A DNA stretch of 63,938 nt, the filler included. It is 6 parts of 6 records of this genome, joined end to end, with 100 filler letters (N's around TTAATTAATTAA, not from the genome) between each part and the next. Parts side by side here need not be neighbours in the genome. Positions count along the whole stretch, not along the records: positions 1 to 16,000 come from SRR20825019_1161; positions 16,101 to 23,747 come from SRR20825019_1165; 4 more parts are not named here. One strand, written 5' to 3'. Below the pieces are notes generated by a model, which was not told where the DNA came from, did no database searches, and was given only the letters and a program-made list of their open reading frames with translations. A program made the position numbers and the translations under genes. This document shows, piece by piece, positions 9,197-19,582 of this stretch (position 1 is the first letter of the stretch; every line of letters starts with the position of its first letter).

Positions 9197-9211
9197 GTTC
9201 TATTTTTGTTC
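9197..9211. promoter_or_regulatory. Alphaproteobacterial LexA (SOS) box
   Basis: Exact GTTC-N7-GTTC (GTTCtatttttGTTC) about 30 bp upstream of the repair gene. Confidence 0.75.
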
Positions 9212-9276
9212 TTATTGTTTTCTGCATCAAGCGTCAAGCTGCTTGACCAATTTTCACCAAGATGCAAGATCGCCGC

Positions 9277-9513
9277 ATGTACGATCTTGATGATGCAAAG
9301 CTTGAGAAACACTCGGTGACCCTTTCGGGGCACCGTACATCAATTTCATTGGAGGTTTGTTTCTGGCGGCACCTGCGAAAGATTGCCCAAGACCGCAAGA
9401 CATCAGTGAACGAGTTGGTTCGCCAATTGGACGAAGCGCGGAGCGGCTCCCTTTCAGGCGCCATCCGCGCCTTTATATTGCAGACGCTGGAGAAAAAGAC
9501 GCCAACCGGCTAG
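9277..9513 (+). CDS. Ribbon-helix-helix domain protein
   Basis: KHSVTLSGHRTSISLE...FW...LSGAIR. Confidence 0.88.
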   Translation: MYDLDDAKLEKHSVTLSGHRTSISLEVCFWRHLRKIAQDRKTSVNELVRQLDEARSGSLSGAIRAFILQTLEKKTPTG

Positions 9514-12500
9514 GTGCCGTCACCGTCTTTTTCTTCTTCAGCCTTTTTGGCCTCAGCTTCTTTCTTCTTTTTTTCTTCCTGCGCTTTTTTCAGGTTGTTC
9601 AGGAAACCGAACGCGCGGCTAAACACCTCACCGGCAGGGTTGTTAGCGGCCTCACCAGTGGTCGCTTCGCGGTTTTCCTGCTCTTTGAACAGGCTGGTGC
9701 GGATGCGTCGTTCGATACCCGCAATCACAAAACTTTCAAGCGCGCGGCTTGTCCAGTTCGTGGAGGGGTTGTTGAGGGAGCCCGAGTATTTAACCGGGAT
9801 AACCGGTGCATCTTGCGGACTGGTCAGATTGAGCTGCCCCTTCAGGTCCATCAAGCTCTCGCTAAAGTTCACCTGCCCATCGAGAGACAAGGCACCCCAA
9901 GGGCCACTTGCGGAAAGTGTCTCAACAAGTGCCACACCGCCATCAAGTGTGAAGCGTGTCTCAAGGGCCGCGAAATTGGTTTTACCTTGCCGCAGGAAAC
10001 CTCCGATTGAGGTGAGGAACCCGGTGGGTGTTGAAGCTTGCGACATCTCCCGCACAAGCGAAGGTACACTCAGAAAGTTCAAGGCGCCCGCTCGGCCGGT
10101 AATTTCCCCTCGGCCACGCAGTTTACCCAGCATGGCTTCCGGTGTCTCGCCGCTTGCATTGAAATTGAAGTTGAAGGATGCCACACCATCAGCAATCCTG
10201 CCGAACCCCTCTGACAGCAGCATGGATGCGATATCCAGTTCTTTGACAACAATGTTGCCCTGCACCGTTGGCGCTCCGCTGACATCGAGATCGACCGCAA
10301 CCGTCACAGGCTGACCATTGAGCAGAGCACTACTGCCGAGATCAAGCCTGATCAAGCCATCACCAGCGGTGAGCGCCGCACCCGGTGCCTGCACCTTCTG
10401 GCCCGCAAGAGTAACGCCTTCAAGGGCCAGATCAACCTGGCCGGAGTAGCCACGTAGAGCCTCGAAATTGAAGGGTTCGCCTTCCTGTGCCGGTGCGGGC
10501 TGCTTATTGGCCGCGTTCCCTGTCAGGTTATTGAACACAAAGCCTGAGCCCCTGAGCCTGCCATATAACCGGCTTTTGTTGTCTGAGCCCACGTTACCCG
10601 CGATTTGCGCGTCTCCGTTACGAACGTCCAGCGTCTCTAGCGCCCAAGCACCTTCCGACAGGCTTACGTTTGCCGCAACACGAAGCGGTTGGGCCGGGTT
10701 TGGTACAGTCATGGCAGGCAAGAATTTACGCGCCGCGGCCTGCGCACGCTTGTGGTCATAGGTAACCTGCCAGGTGCTTCTGCTTTCGCCCTGTTCGCCC
10801 TTGGCAAGCAATTGGCCGCCTGCAAATTCGCCACTGATATCCATCTTGATGGGGGCATTCGCCTTTTGACTGGCACTGAAGGTCAGGTCTGCGGCGGCAC
10901 CACCATTGATTTCAAACCCGGTTTGGGAGGCCAGCGCCCGCAGGTTCTCATGTTTGAGCGTGCCGCGGATATCAAACGCGAGCGGACTATCCGCCACATA
11001 CGCAACGGTGCCGTTCGCAGCTATCTGCCGGGCCTCACCGTTTGATGCGTTGGCGGAGAGATGCAGGTTGGAGAGAGGGCCTGAAAGCCTGAAGCTACCA
11101 TCAAAGCCGCTCATGCCACTCGCCCGAATAAAGGGCTGCATGTCGGGCATTACCGCCAGCACGAAAGGCATCGGCCAGTCCGCCAGCTTCGCGTCACCGT
11201 CTATTTCTATGTCGGAGCCTGCGGGGCGCAGTTGCGCGGCCAATTGCAGTGTGCCCTTGCCGCCTTTCAGTGTCAGCGAATTTACCTTAACGCCGGAGTT
11301 GGCGACTTGCGCATCAACACTGAAATCCCGGAACGATTGTCCCGCCCATTGAATGGCAGATGCCTTAAAACCGAAGCGTAACGTGCTTTCCGGCAACATG
11401 GCAAACAGCTCGGCTGTTTTTTGCGCGGGTTCAGCCGCTGTTCCTGCGGAAGCCGGTTTATTCTCAGGGAGATAGGCGTCCAGATTAATGTTATCGGCCT
11501 GCAGGGTCACATTTGTTGGCCAACCGCCGTTCAGGGTCCCCACGATACCACCACTGATGTTGGTCGTATCCAGTCGGCTTTTGATGTTGGATACCAACCA
11601 CCGGCTGCCATCAAGCTCCAGCTTTCCAGCAAAATCCGCTGTAGCGAGACGCCCGGGCGCCAATTGCCCGCTTGGGTCATAGCCGAGCCAGCGCAACATG
11701 TCCTGCAAGTTGCCCGAGGTCGCGTTCAGGTTGCCGCTGCCACGCATATCAGCCCCGATACGACCAGAGAAATTGACACTGGTTGCACCAGGGAAAAGCG
11801 CCTGCGCGTCACCGACGAAGAGGCCCGCATCACCAACGCCGAGTGCGAAATCTACCTGCTGGATCAAACCGTCCAATACGCGAACACCTTCAATGGTGAC
11901 ATCAATGCTACCAGAAACAGGCAACTCCGGTGGTGCCGCTGTGTTGCTTGCCTGCTCTGTGCTTGGCGAGCCACTCGCCTGTTGCACAGCGTCCATCCAC
12001 GGCTGAAGATCAACAATGCCGAGGGAGAGCGTGCCACCCACATGGGTTTTACCCGTACGTTCAGCCAGTGTCAGATCAACCCGGCCCTGTGTCTCCGCAG
12101 CCTTAAATGTACGAGAGGTTACACGGGTCACGCCGGAAGTGCGCTCAACTTGCAAATCAAGTTCAAAGGCCTCGTTCGGCAACATAGCGCTACCTGGCGT
12201 GCCTGTACCCATGGCAGTTGCGGCGGCCACAAAGCGCCCCAGCGCGTCACCACCCAGCTGTACCCGGCCTGCAAAACTGCCGTCGTCCAGCCTGCCTGAA
12301 ATATCCGCCAAACCACCTGCAAGCGCTGCCTCTACTTTCACAGAGGTCACACCCTCTTCACGGGAAGGCCTGAGCTTACCAACAGTCGTTACCTGCTGGC
12401 CTGCTGTTTTTAACCCGCCCTCCCACTCAAAGGGCCCGTCAGGCAAGCTGCCGGAAAAGTCGAGCTGTATTTCTTCAAAAACACGCGTCGTACCGTCAGC

Positions 12501-12995
12501 GTTCATAAGGGTGATTTTGCCGCCCTGAAGTTCCAGCCGGTTTAACTTGATAGGTGCTGCGGTTTCAGCCACCTCATCTTCAGCCGGGGCCTCCGGCCAG
12601 CCGCGAAGGCTGATGCTGCCGTTCTCGCGTTCTTCAAGTGTAACCGCCAGACCGTTCAGGCCCAGATGCTGAATATCCAACCCACCCTTCAGGAGCGCCG
12701 AGATACCAAGCCTTGCCTCAATCAGCTCTGCCGTCGCCACAGGCTCGACCACACCATCCTGCATCGGGAACATTCGAACTTGCTCGGCAGACATTGATGG
12801 CCTCGGCAACAAGCCAAGCCGAATATCGCCCGCGAGTTCCACGCGCATGCCGGTTTGCTCTGAAATAAGAGAAGCAAGCCTGCCGCGATACTGATTCCAG
12901 TCAAGAAATCCAACCGCAACGGAAGCTATCACGACCAGCCCGACCAGGCTGCCCACAAGCCATGTAAGGATTTTTGTGATTTTGCCTTTTTTCAT
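9510..12995 (-). CDS. AsmA family protein
   Basis: N-terminal TM helix, DWNQYRGRLASLISEQTG...GLLPRP AsmA N-terminus and a long beta-rich body. Confidence 0.85.
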   Translation of the reverse strand: MKKGKITKILTWLVGSLVGLVVIASVAVGFLDWNQYRGRLASLISEQTGMRVELAGDIRLGLLPRPSMSAEQVRMFPMQDGVVEPVATAELIEARLGISALLKGGLDIQHLGLNGLAVTLEERENGSISLRGWPEAPAEDEVAETAAPIKLNRLELQGGKITLMNADGTTRVFEEIQLDFSGSLPDGPFEWEGGLKTAGQQVTTVGKLRPSREEGVTSVKVEAALAGGLADISGRLDDGSFAGRVQLGGDALGRFVAAATAMGTGTPGSAMLPNEAFELDLQVERTSGVTRVTSRTFKAAETQGRVDLTLAERTGKTHVGGTLSLGIVDLQPWMDAVQQASGSPSTEQASNTAAPPELPVSGSIDVTIEGVRVLDGLIQQVDFALGVGDAGLFVGDAQALFPGATSVNFSGRIGADMRGSGNLNATSGNLQDMLRWLGYDPSGQLAPGRLATADFAGKLELDGSRWLVSNIKSRLDTTNISGGIVGTLNGGWPTNVTLQADNINLDAYLPENKPASAGTAAEPAQKTAELFAMLPESTLRFGFKASAIQWAGQSFRDFSVDAQVANSGVKVNSLTLKGGKGTLQLAAQLRPAGSDIEIDGDAKLADWPMPFVLAVMPDMQPFIRASGMSGFDGSFRLSGPLSNLHLSANASNGEARQIAANGTVAYVADSPLAFDIRGTLKHENLRALASQTGFEINGGAAADLTFSASQKANAPIKMDISGEFAGGQLLAKGEQGESRSTWQVTYDHKRAQAAARKFLPAMTVPNPAQPLRVAANVSLSEGAWALETLDVRNGDAQIAGNVGSDNKSRLYGRLRGSGFVFNNLTGNAANKQPAPAQEGEPFNFEALRGYSGQVDLALEGVTLAGQKVQAPGAALTAGDGLIRLDLGSSALLNGQPVTVAVDLDVSGAPTVQGNIVVKELDIASMLLSEGFGRIADGVASFNFNFNASGETPEAMLGKLRGRGEITGRAGALNFLSVPSLVREMSQASTPTGFLTSIGGFLRQGKTNFAALETRFTLDGGVALVETLSASGPWGALSLDGQVNFSESLMDLKGQLNLTSPQDAPVIPVKYSGSLNNPSTNWTSRALESFVIAGIERRIRTSLFKEQENREATTGEAANNPAGEVFSRAFGFLNNLKKAQEEKKKKEAEAKKAEEEKDGDGT

Positions 12996-13268
12996 TCCAA
13001 TCCTCCGTTGCACGCCACGCGCATCTCCACCGTCAGAGTGCGCAATGAGAACGCTGAATGCAAGTGACCATCCCAAGTATTCACATCAATTAGGCAAGCT
13101 TACGGCGAAAATTCTTAACCTTTTGAATTTCTGACACTAAGCTGCGGAAAAGACACTTGATTTGGGTACCATGATCACCAGAAGAACACCGCAAATAGCT
13201 TTTCATTTGGCAACCACACGGCCCTTTATGGGCGAGACCTGTTTCAGCATGACGAGGAATCGCTAATC

Positions 13269-15077
13269 ATGCCGCAGGAGCATATCAAACGTAACTGGTT
13301 CCAACGGCAACGGCGACGTATCCGAGCCTCGCTTTTTAGCGCAGGCGGATATGAATTTGGCGCCATCACGGCCATAGCGGCCTTGGTTGGCGTGATTGCA
13401 GGCTATGCCGCTATCGGCTTTTACCTGGGCATCGGTGAACTCCTTTTATTCAGCTTTGGCCAAAATGAAGCCGAACTCGCGACAGGCGCAGCTTCTCTAC
13501 CCTGGTACCATCTCATTGCCATTCCGGTTATTGGCGGTCTTGTTGTTGGGCAACTGTTACGTTTTTTGCCCACACACCAAACCCGCGCCGTATCTGACGT
13601 GATTGAAGCGGCGGCCATCCGGGAAGGCAAACTTAACTTCAAGGAAGGTTTTGTAAGCGCAGGAACAACGCTGATTTCTCTGGGCTCTGGCGCATCCCTT
13701 GGCCGCGAGGGGCCGGTTGTGCATATAGGCGCAACACTGGCAGCGGTTGTCACCCGCATATTACACCTCAACCCGTCCATCGCGCGCACCCTGCTTGGGT
13801 GCGGTGTTGCGGCAGCTGTTGCTGCATCTTTCAATGCGCCCATCGCCGGTGTTTTCTTCGCGCTTGAAGTTATTATCGGGCACTATGCCTTGCACGCCTT
13901 CGCCCCTGTGGTGATTTCCGCCATCGCGGGCACACTTATCAGTCGCGCGCATCTTGGCAACTTCCCAGCGTTCCACACAGCCGAATATGCCATCACAAGC
14001 TTTTGGGAGTTTCCCGCGTTTTTCATATTAGGTATCGCATCAGCATTGGCGGCGGTCATTTTCATGTCGGGCCTCGACTGGGCTGACAAAATACGTGGCA
14101 AAATCAGCAAGGTGCCCTATTGGCTTCAACCGGCTATCGCGGGGCTCTGTGTTGGTTTGATCGCGCTTTATTTCCCCGAAGTTCTGAGCGTGGGGTATGA
14201 GGCAACAAGCAAGGCACTAAACGGCGAGTATGGTTTTGAACTGCTAATTTCGCTCGTAATTGCAAAAATGGTTGCCGCCATCATTTGTTATGGCGGCCGG
14301 TTTGGGGGCGGGGTCTTCTCCCCTTCCCTCTTCTTGGGCGCCATGGTTGGCGGCGCGTTTGGCATCGCCGCTGGCGCCGTGTTCCCTGAGCTTGCATCCA
14401 CGCCCGGCCTTTATGCGGTTGTTGGCATGGGGGCCGTAGCATCCGCCGTACTGGGCGCGCCCATTTCAACTATGCTTATCGTGTTTGAGATTACCGGGGA
14501 CTATAATGTCACCATTGCAGTCATGATCGCATCTGCCGTTGCCAGCATGGTCACCAGCACCTTTTATGAGCGATCCTTCTTCCTGATGCAGCTTGCAAAC
14601 CGGGGGATCCGGCTTGAAGGCGGCAAAGCGACCTACCTTTTGAAATCCGCCCGGGTAGCAGATCATATGACACGCGACTTTTTCACCGTGCGCGACACGG
14701 AACCCGCCATCAAGGCGCGTGAGCTTCTCGTTACCCAAGGCGGCGGCATGCTCATAGTCACAAACGAGACCGGTGCCATGGTTGGTGTTCTGAGCTTTGG
14801 CCAACTGCCTGCGGACATTTTTGAAGGCGACACTGCCCGCACCCATATCGTGGGCGAATATATGCGTGACCTTCCACAAACCGTGAAGGCAAACCAACCG
14901 CTTCAAGTCGCGCTGCATAAACTTGATGTCAGCGGGGAGGAAACACTGCCGGTGGTCTCTGCCGACAGCAGCCACACAGTTGTCGGGCTTATCCGGCACC
15001 GCGATGTAATGCAGGAATATAATCGTGCCCTGCTAGAAAGCCAGGGCGGCGACACCCGCCTGCGCCGCCGTGTTTAA
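13269..15077 (+). CDS. ClC chloride channel/transporter with CBS domains
   Basis: GREGP, FNAPIAGVFFALE, GGVFSP and a C-terminal CBS pair. Confidence 0.92.
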   Translation: MPQEHIKRNWFQRQRRRIRASLFSAGGYEFGAITAIAALVGVIAGYAAIGFYLGIGELLLFSFGQNEAELATGAASLPWYHLIAIPVIGGLVVGQLLRFLPTHQTRAVSDVIEAAAIREGKLNFKEGFVSAGTTLISLGSGASLGREGPVVHIGATLAAVVTRILHLNPSIARTLLGCGVAAAVAASFNAPIAGVFFALEVIIGHYALHAFAPVVISAIAGTLISRAHLGNFPAFHTAEYAITSFWEFPAFFILGIASALAAVIFMSGLDWADKIRGKISKVPYWLQPAIAGLCVGLIALYFPEVLSVGYEATSKALNGEYGFELLISLVIAKMVAAIICYGGRFGGGVFSPSLFLGAMVGGAFGIAAGAVFPELASTPGLYAVVGMGAVASAVLGAPISTMLIVFEITGDYNVTIAVMIASAVASMVTSTFYERSFFLMQLANRGIRLEGGKATYLLKSARVADHMTRDFFTVRDTEPAIKARELLVTQGGGMLIVTNETGAMVGVLSFGQLPADIFEGDTARTHIVGEYMRDLPQTVKANQPLQVALHKLDVSGEETLPVVSADSSHTVVGLIRHRDVMQEYNRALLESQGGDTRLRRRV

Positions 15078-15152
15078 ACTCGCCTGTGAAGAATTTCACC
15101 CCACACCATCGCCGCCCTTTTCGTGCCTCCCATTGGGTGCTATAGACCCCCA

Positions 15153-16000
15153 ATGATGAGCGACCCTTTTGACCTTGATGATCTGGATAACGGCGACACC
15201 CAAGCGCCTGCCCCCGCCCTAGCACCGCGCGCCGATATCCCGCCGCCGTATATTGAAGGCTTGAACGCGCCTCAGCGGGAAGCGGTTTTGGCGACAGACG
15301 GTCCGCTTCTGGTGCTGGCAGGTGCGGGCACTGGCAAAACCCGCGTCCTCACTACAAGGCTCGGTCATTTGATGGCCACGGGCCGCGCGGCACCCTGGAA
15401 TATCCTTGCAGTTACCTTTACCAACAAGGCCGCCAAGGAGATGCAAAACCGCGTTGCGCGCGTTATCAACCGCCCAGTTGAAGGTATGTGGATTGGTACG
15501 TTTCACTCGGTCTGCGTGAAAATATTGCGCAAGCATGCAGAGCTTGTCGGCCTCAAATCCAACTTCACCATTCTTGATACCGATGACCAGATCAGGCTGC
15601 TCAAGCAGCTGATTCAGGCCGAGAATATTGATGAGAAACGCTGGCCCGCCCGCACGCTCGCGGGGCTTATTGATCGCTGGAAAAACCGCGCGCTCTCAAC
15701 AGCCAAAGTGCCCCAAGGGGAAGCTTTTGCCTTCGCAAACGGGCTGGGCAGCACACTTTATGAACAGTATCAGGAACGCTTGCAGGTCCTGAACGCCTGT
15801 GACTTTGGCGACCTTTTGATGCATGTTATCACGCTGTTCCAAAGCAACCCGGATGTACTGCGCGAGTATCACAATCAGTTCCGTTATATTCTGGTGGACG
15901 AGTACCAGGATACCAACGTTGCACAATATCTGTGGCTACGGCTGCTGGCACAGGCTTCCAAAAACATCTGCTGTGTGGGCGATGACGACCAGTCCATCTA
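15153..16000 (+). CDS. uvrD: UvrD/PcrA helicase, 3'-truncated
   Basis: LAGAGTGKT, TFTNKAA, GTFHS, DEYQD and VGDDDQSI. Confidence 0.95.
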
Positions 16001-16100
16001 NNNNNNNNNNNNNNNNNNNNNNNNNNNNNNNNNNNNNNNNNNNNTTAATTAATTAANNNNNNNNNNNNNNNNNNNNNNNNNNNNNNNNNNNNNNNNNNNN
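16001..16100. other. Artificial contig spacer
   Basis: 44 N + TTAATTAATTAA (stops in six frames) + 44 N. Confidence 0.98.
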
Positions 16101-16225
16101 CTCATCAGGTCGTTCATCAGGTCGTAGCGGCCGGCGACGGAGTCGAAAACCTCGCGTACCAGCCCGGCTTTCTCGCCGACGGGCACATCCTTGAAGCCGA
16201 AATGGGTGGTGGCGTTTTCAGTCAT
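16101..16225 (-). CDS. ubiE: UbiE methyltransferase, N-terminal fragment
   Basis: THFGFKDV...[23 protein letters not shown], divergent from mutM. Confidence 0.9.
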
Positions 16226-16394
16226 CGCGAAAATCCCGTTACCGAATGGAGCCGATCCCAAGGATCGCCCCACCCGTGATCTAGCCCAGAGTGAGCGGCA
16301 ATCCAACAGGAGAAGCAATGGCCGTGCGGACATGCTTGCCCGTCCCTGCCCGCTCCCGTACAGAGAAACAGACGCGGAAGCGAAGGGGGGCGAC

Positions 16395-17225
16395 GTGCCT
16401 GAACTGCCCGAGGTGGAAACCGTGATGCGCGGCCTGCAGCCCTTTATGGAGGGTAAGCGGCTGATGCGTGTGGAGCAGCGGCGGCCGAATTTGCGCTGGC
16501 CGTTCCCAGAAGATTTTGTTGCTCGTCTCGAAGGTCAACGGGTTGCCAGCATGACCCGGCGGGCGAAATACATGCTCGTTCATATGGAAGACGGAACCGT
16601 CCTGATCTGGCATCTCGGCATGTCCGGCCGGGTCACTATCGACGAGATCCGCCCGGCCGAGCTGGACCGGCACGATCATGTTGTCTTCACCATTGAGGAC
16701 GGCACCGTGATCCGGTTCAACGATCAGCGCCGGTTCGGCTCCATGGATCTCGCGATGGAAGGTGAGATTCCGGCCCACAAGCATTTTGCCGGGATGGGGC
16801 CGGAGCCGCTTTCCAACGCGTTCAATGGCCCGGCGCTGGCCGCCGCCCTGGCGGGAAAGCAGACGCCGATCAAGGCGGCTTTGCTGGATCAGAAGGTTGT
16901 TGCGGGGCTTGGCAATATCTATGTGTCGGAAGCGTTGTTCCGGTCCGGCATTTCGCCCCTGCGCAAGGCTGCCAATGTACAGGGAGCGCGGGCCGAACGG
17001 CTGGCGGGAGACATCCGGGAAGTATTGCAGGCGGCGATCCTGGCCGGGGGCTCTACGCTCCGGGATCATGCCCGGCCGGACGGGGAGCTCGGCTATTTCC
17101 AGCATGAATTCGCCGTCTATGACCGCGAGGGCACGGCATGCCCGGTGGAGCCCGGTCACGGGCCGATCCGCCGCATTGTCCAGTCCGGCCGGTCCACTTT
17201 CTATTGTCCACGCTGCCAGCGGTGA
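16395..17225 (+). CDS. mutM: Formamidopyrimidine-DNA glycosylase
   Basis: PELPEVET start (GTG), [15 protein letters not shown] and C-terminal zinc finger. Confidence 0.96.
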   Translation: MPELPEVETVMRGLQPFMEGKRLMRVEQRRPNLRWPFPEDFVARLEGQRVASMTRRAKYMLVHMEDGTVLIWHLGMSGRVTIDEIRPAELDRHDHVVFTIEDGTVIRFNDQRRFGSMDLAMEGEIPAHKHFAGMGPEPLSNAFNGPALAAALAGKQTPIKAALLDQKVVAGLGNIYVSEALFRSGISPLRKAANVQGARAERLAGDIREVLQAAILAGGSTLRDHARPDGELGYFQHEFAVYDREGTACPVEPGHGPIRRIVQSGRSTFYCPRCQR

Positions 17226-17241
17226 GGTAGAAGCTGCCATT

Positions 17242-17643
17242 ATGTCTATCCGGCAAAACAACAAGCGCGGGTCCGCACTCCGGGCGCTTCGGCTCCTTGT
17301 CAGAGTGTTTGTCTTCGTCCTGCTGCTGGCGTCTGCCCGGGCGGGATTGGCGGCGGACAGCTTTGTCGAAGGCTTTGCCGATCTGCCCTTGATGCCGGGC
17401 CTCGAACAAATTCCCGATGCCTCGCTGGCATTCGATGCGGCCAGCGGACGGATCGTGGTGGCCTTTGCCCGCGGACCTCTGCCCGTTGCCGGCATTCAGT
17501 CCTTTTATGCGGAGACCCTCGGCCAGCTCGGCTGGACCCGGGCGGGAGAGAATACCTACCAGCGTGAGGGGGAGAGTCTGACGCTGGATTTCACACCGGA
17601 CGGCGAGGATACGCTGGTCCGGTATTCCTTATTGCCTAGATGA
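17242..17643 (+). CDS. Exported hypothetical protein
   Basis: Signal peptide then [14 protein letters not shown]...[11 protein letters not shown], co-directional in the operon. Confidence 0.75.
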   Translation: MSIRQNNKRGSALRALRLLVRVFVFVLLLASARAGLAADSFVEGFADLPLMPGLEQIPDASLAFDAASGRIVVAFARGPLPVAGIQSFYAETLGQLGWTRAGENTYQREGESLTLDFTPDGEDTLVRYSLLPR

Positions 17644-17692
17644 CCGGCGGGCTTGTCCCGCTGGCGCGCAACGGATGAATGGGAGCGATCCG

Positions 17693-18469
17693 ATGGCATA
17701 TGAGAACATTCTGGTTGAGAAGAAGGGGGCCGTCGGCCTCATCACTCTGAACCGGCCGAAGGCGCTGAACGCCCTGTCGAGCGCGCTGATGGCGGAGCTG
17801 GGCAAGGCGCTCGCCGATTTCGAGGCGGATGACGATATCGGCTGCATGGTGCTGACCGGCAGCGAGAAGGCTTTTGCCGCCGGTGCCGACATCAAGGAGA
17901 TGCAGAGCAAGTCCTTCACTGACGTGTTCAGTGAGGATTTCATCACCAGCGGCTGGGAAGAGATTACCCGCTGCCGCAAGCCGGTGATCGCGGCGGTCTC
18001 GGGCTATGCGCTCGGCGGCGGCTGCGAAGTGGCGATGATGTGCGATTTCATCCTGGCCGCCGACACGGCGAAATTCGGCCAGCCGGAAATCACCATCGGC
18101 ACGATCCCGGGGGCCGGCGGCACACAGCGCCTGACCCGGTTCGTCGGCAAGTCCAAGGCCATGGAAATGTGCCTGACCGGACGGATGATGGGTGCGGAGG
18201 AAGCCGAGCGGGCGGGTCTTGTGAGCCGCGTCGTTCCGGCAGCCGATCTGCTGGAAGAGGCCCTGAAGGTGGCGGGGAAGATCGCCGATCTGTCCCGCCC
18301 GTCCGTGTTGATGGCGAAGGAAGCGGTCAACCGGTCCTACGAGACCACCATGGCCGAGGGTGTGAAGTTCGAACGGCGGCTGTTCCATGCCACTTTCGCG
18401 ACCGAAGACCAGAAAGAAGGCATGTCCGCATTTGCGGAAAAGCGGCAGCCTAGTTTCAAGAACCGCTGA
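17693..18469 (+). CDS. Enoyl-CoA hydratase
   Basis: [25 protein letters not shown] and FGQPE. Confidence 0.95.
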   Translation: MAYENILVEKKGAVGLITLNRPKALNALSSALMAELGKALADFEADDDIGCMVLTGSEKAFAAGADIKEMQSKSFTDVFSEDFITSGWEEITRCRKPVIAAVSGYALGGGCEVAMMCDFILAADTAKFGQPEITIGTIPGAGGTQRLTRFVGKSKAMEMCLTGRMMGAEEAERAGLVSRVVPAADLLEEALKVAGKIADLSRPSVLMAKEAVNRSYETTMAEGVKFERRLFHATFATEDQKEGMSAFAEKRQPSFKNR

Positions 18470-18495
18470 TTCTGAAATCAGTTGGATTTACGCGG

Positions 18496-18525
18496 TTGAC
18501 GCGACGGGAGACTCTCGTCTATAAG
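18496..18525 (+). promoter_or_regulatory. Sigma70 promoter of rpsT
   Basis: TTGACG-18 bp-TATAAG with a GANTC site in the spacer. Confidence 0.6.
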
Positions 18526-18569
18526 CCGCCCTCTTGAATTTCCGCGCATCGAGCTGGGATAAGAAGCAA

Positions 18570-18836
18570 ATGGCGCAACATCAGTCTGCCAAAAAACGTA
18601 TTCGCCGTAACGATCGGCGCCGGGTTATGAACCACGCCCGGATCAGCCGTATTCGTACCTTCGTGAAGAAGGTCGAACTGGCGATCGACAGTGGGGACAA
18701 GGAAGTCGCTCAGGCCGCGTTCAAAGCCGCGCAGCCGGAAATGCAGCGTGGCGTGACCAAGGGTGTCCTTCACCGGAACACCGTGTCGCGCAAGCTGTCG
18801 CGTCTCTCCGCACGGATCAAGGCGATCTCCGCTTAA
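18570..18836 (+). CDS. rpsT: 30S ribosomal protein S20
   Basis: [12 protein letters not shown]...[16 protein letters not shown]. Confidence 0.97.
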   Translation: MAQHQSAKKRIRRNDRRRVMNHARISRIRTFVKKVELAIDSGDKEVAQAAFKAAQPEMQRGVTKGVLHRNTVSRKLSRLSARIKAISA

Positions 18837-18864
18837 TCCGGACGTCCTGACGAATACTTGAGGT

Positions 18865-18899
18865 AAAAGCCGCGGCCCAGGGTCGCGGCTTTTCCTTTT
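18865..18899 (+). terminator. Rho-independent terminator of rpsT
   Basis: AAAAGCCGCGGC...GTCGCGGCTTTT followed by a T-rich tail. Confidence 0.8.
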
Positions 18900-19582
18900 G
18901 GTGCTTCCGGTGAGGAAGCCCGAGGCTCCCGGGGAGTCATGACGATCAGGTTACGGTTTTATGTAAAAAGCATGACGAAAATCGCGATAATTCAGATCGG
19001 CGATCAGGGCGGAATCATGCGTGACACTAAGAAATTTCAATAAAAACAATTGCTTAATTGTGTATTTCCGAGTGGTGGAATTGAAAGACAATGTCATCGC
19101 TTAAGGACGGAATTCAAGGCGTTGATTCAAAGTGGAGATTGATTCTGTCAAGGAAAAGATCGGCGCTTGCGGCGAAAAAAAATCGTCATTTTGGATAGAG
19201 TCACGGTTGCGTCCGGAAAAGCACTTGGGTAGTTTGACTGCCTACTGCCGCGCCGGAGTGAAAACAAAATGAATAAGATTATTCAAAACTTCAGGCTCGG
19301 TATTCGTTTAACGCTACGGTTTGACCGGGCATTCGGAACGAGCGCCAAGTAAAACTTTTAGCGTTTCTAAGATTTATTTCGCATAGCCCGAAGAGTGCAA
19401 GAAATCGCGAGGGCGATTCTCTCTGGGGAAGGTGCGTCTGGACAGAGACTTTTTCGGCCGACTGGTCAATACATCGGATGGGGCGTTGGATGGCCAGGGG
19501 CGAGCTGGAAAAGGAGTCGAGAAGAGGTTTGAATGTGTGGGGTGAATTCGGGCCGCAACGACAGGTCGCCGGAGGTCAGAAC

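Noticed and set aside
16045-16056. TTAATTAATTAA as a biological motif or repeat
   Set aside because: Identical six-frame-stop linker inside N padding at every junction, so artificial.
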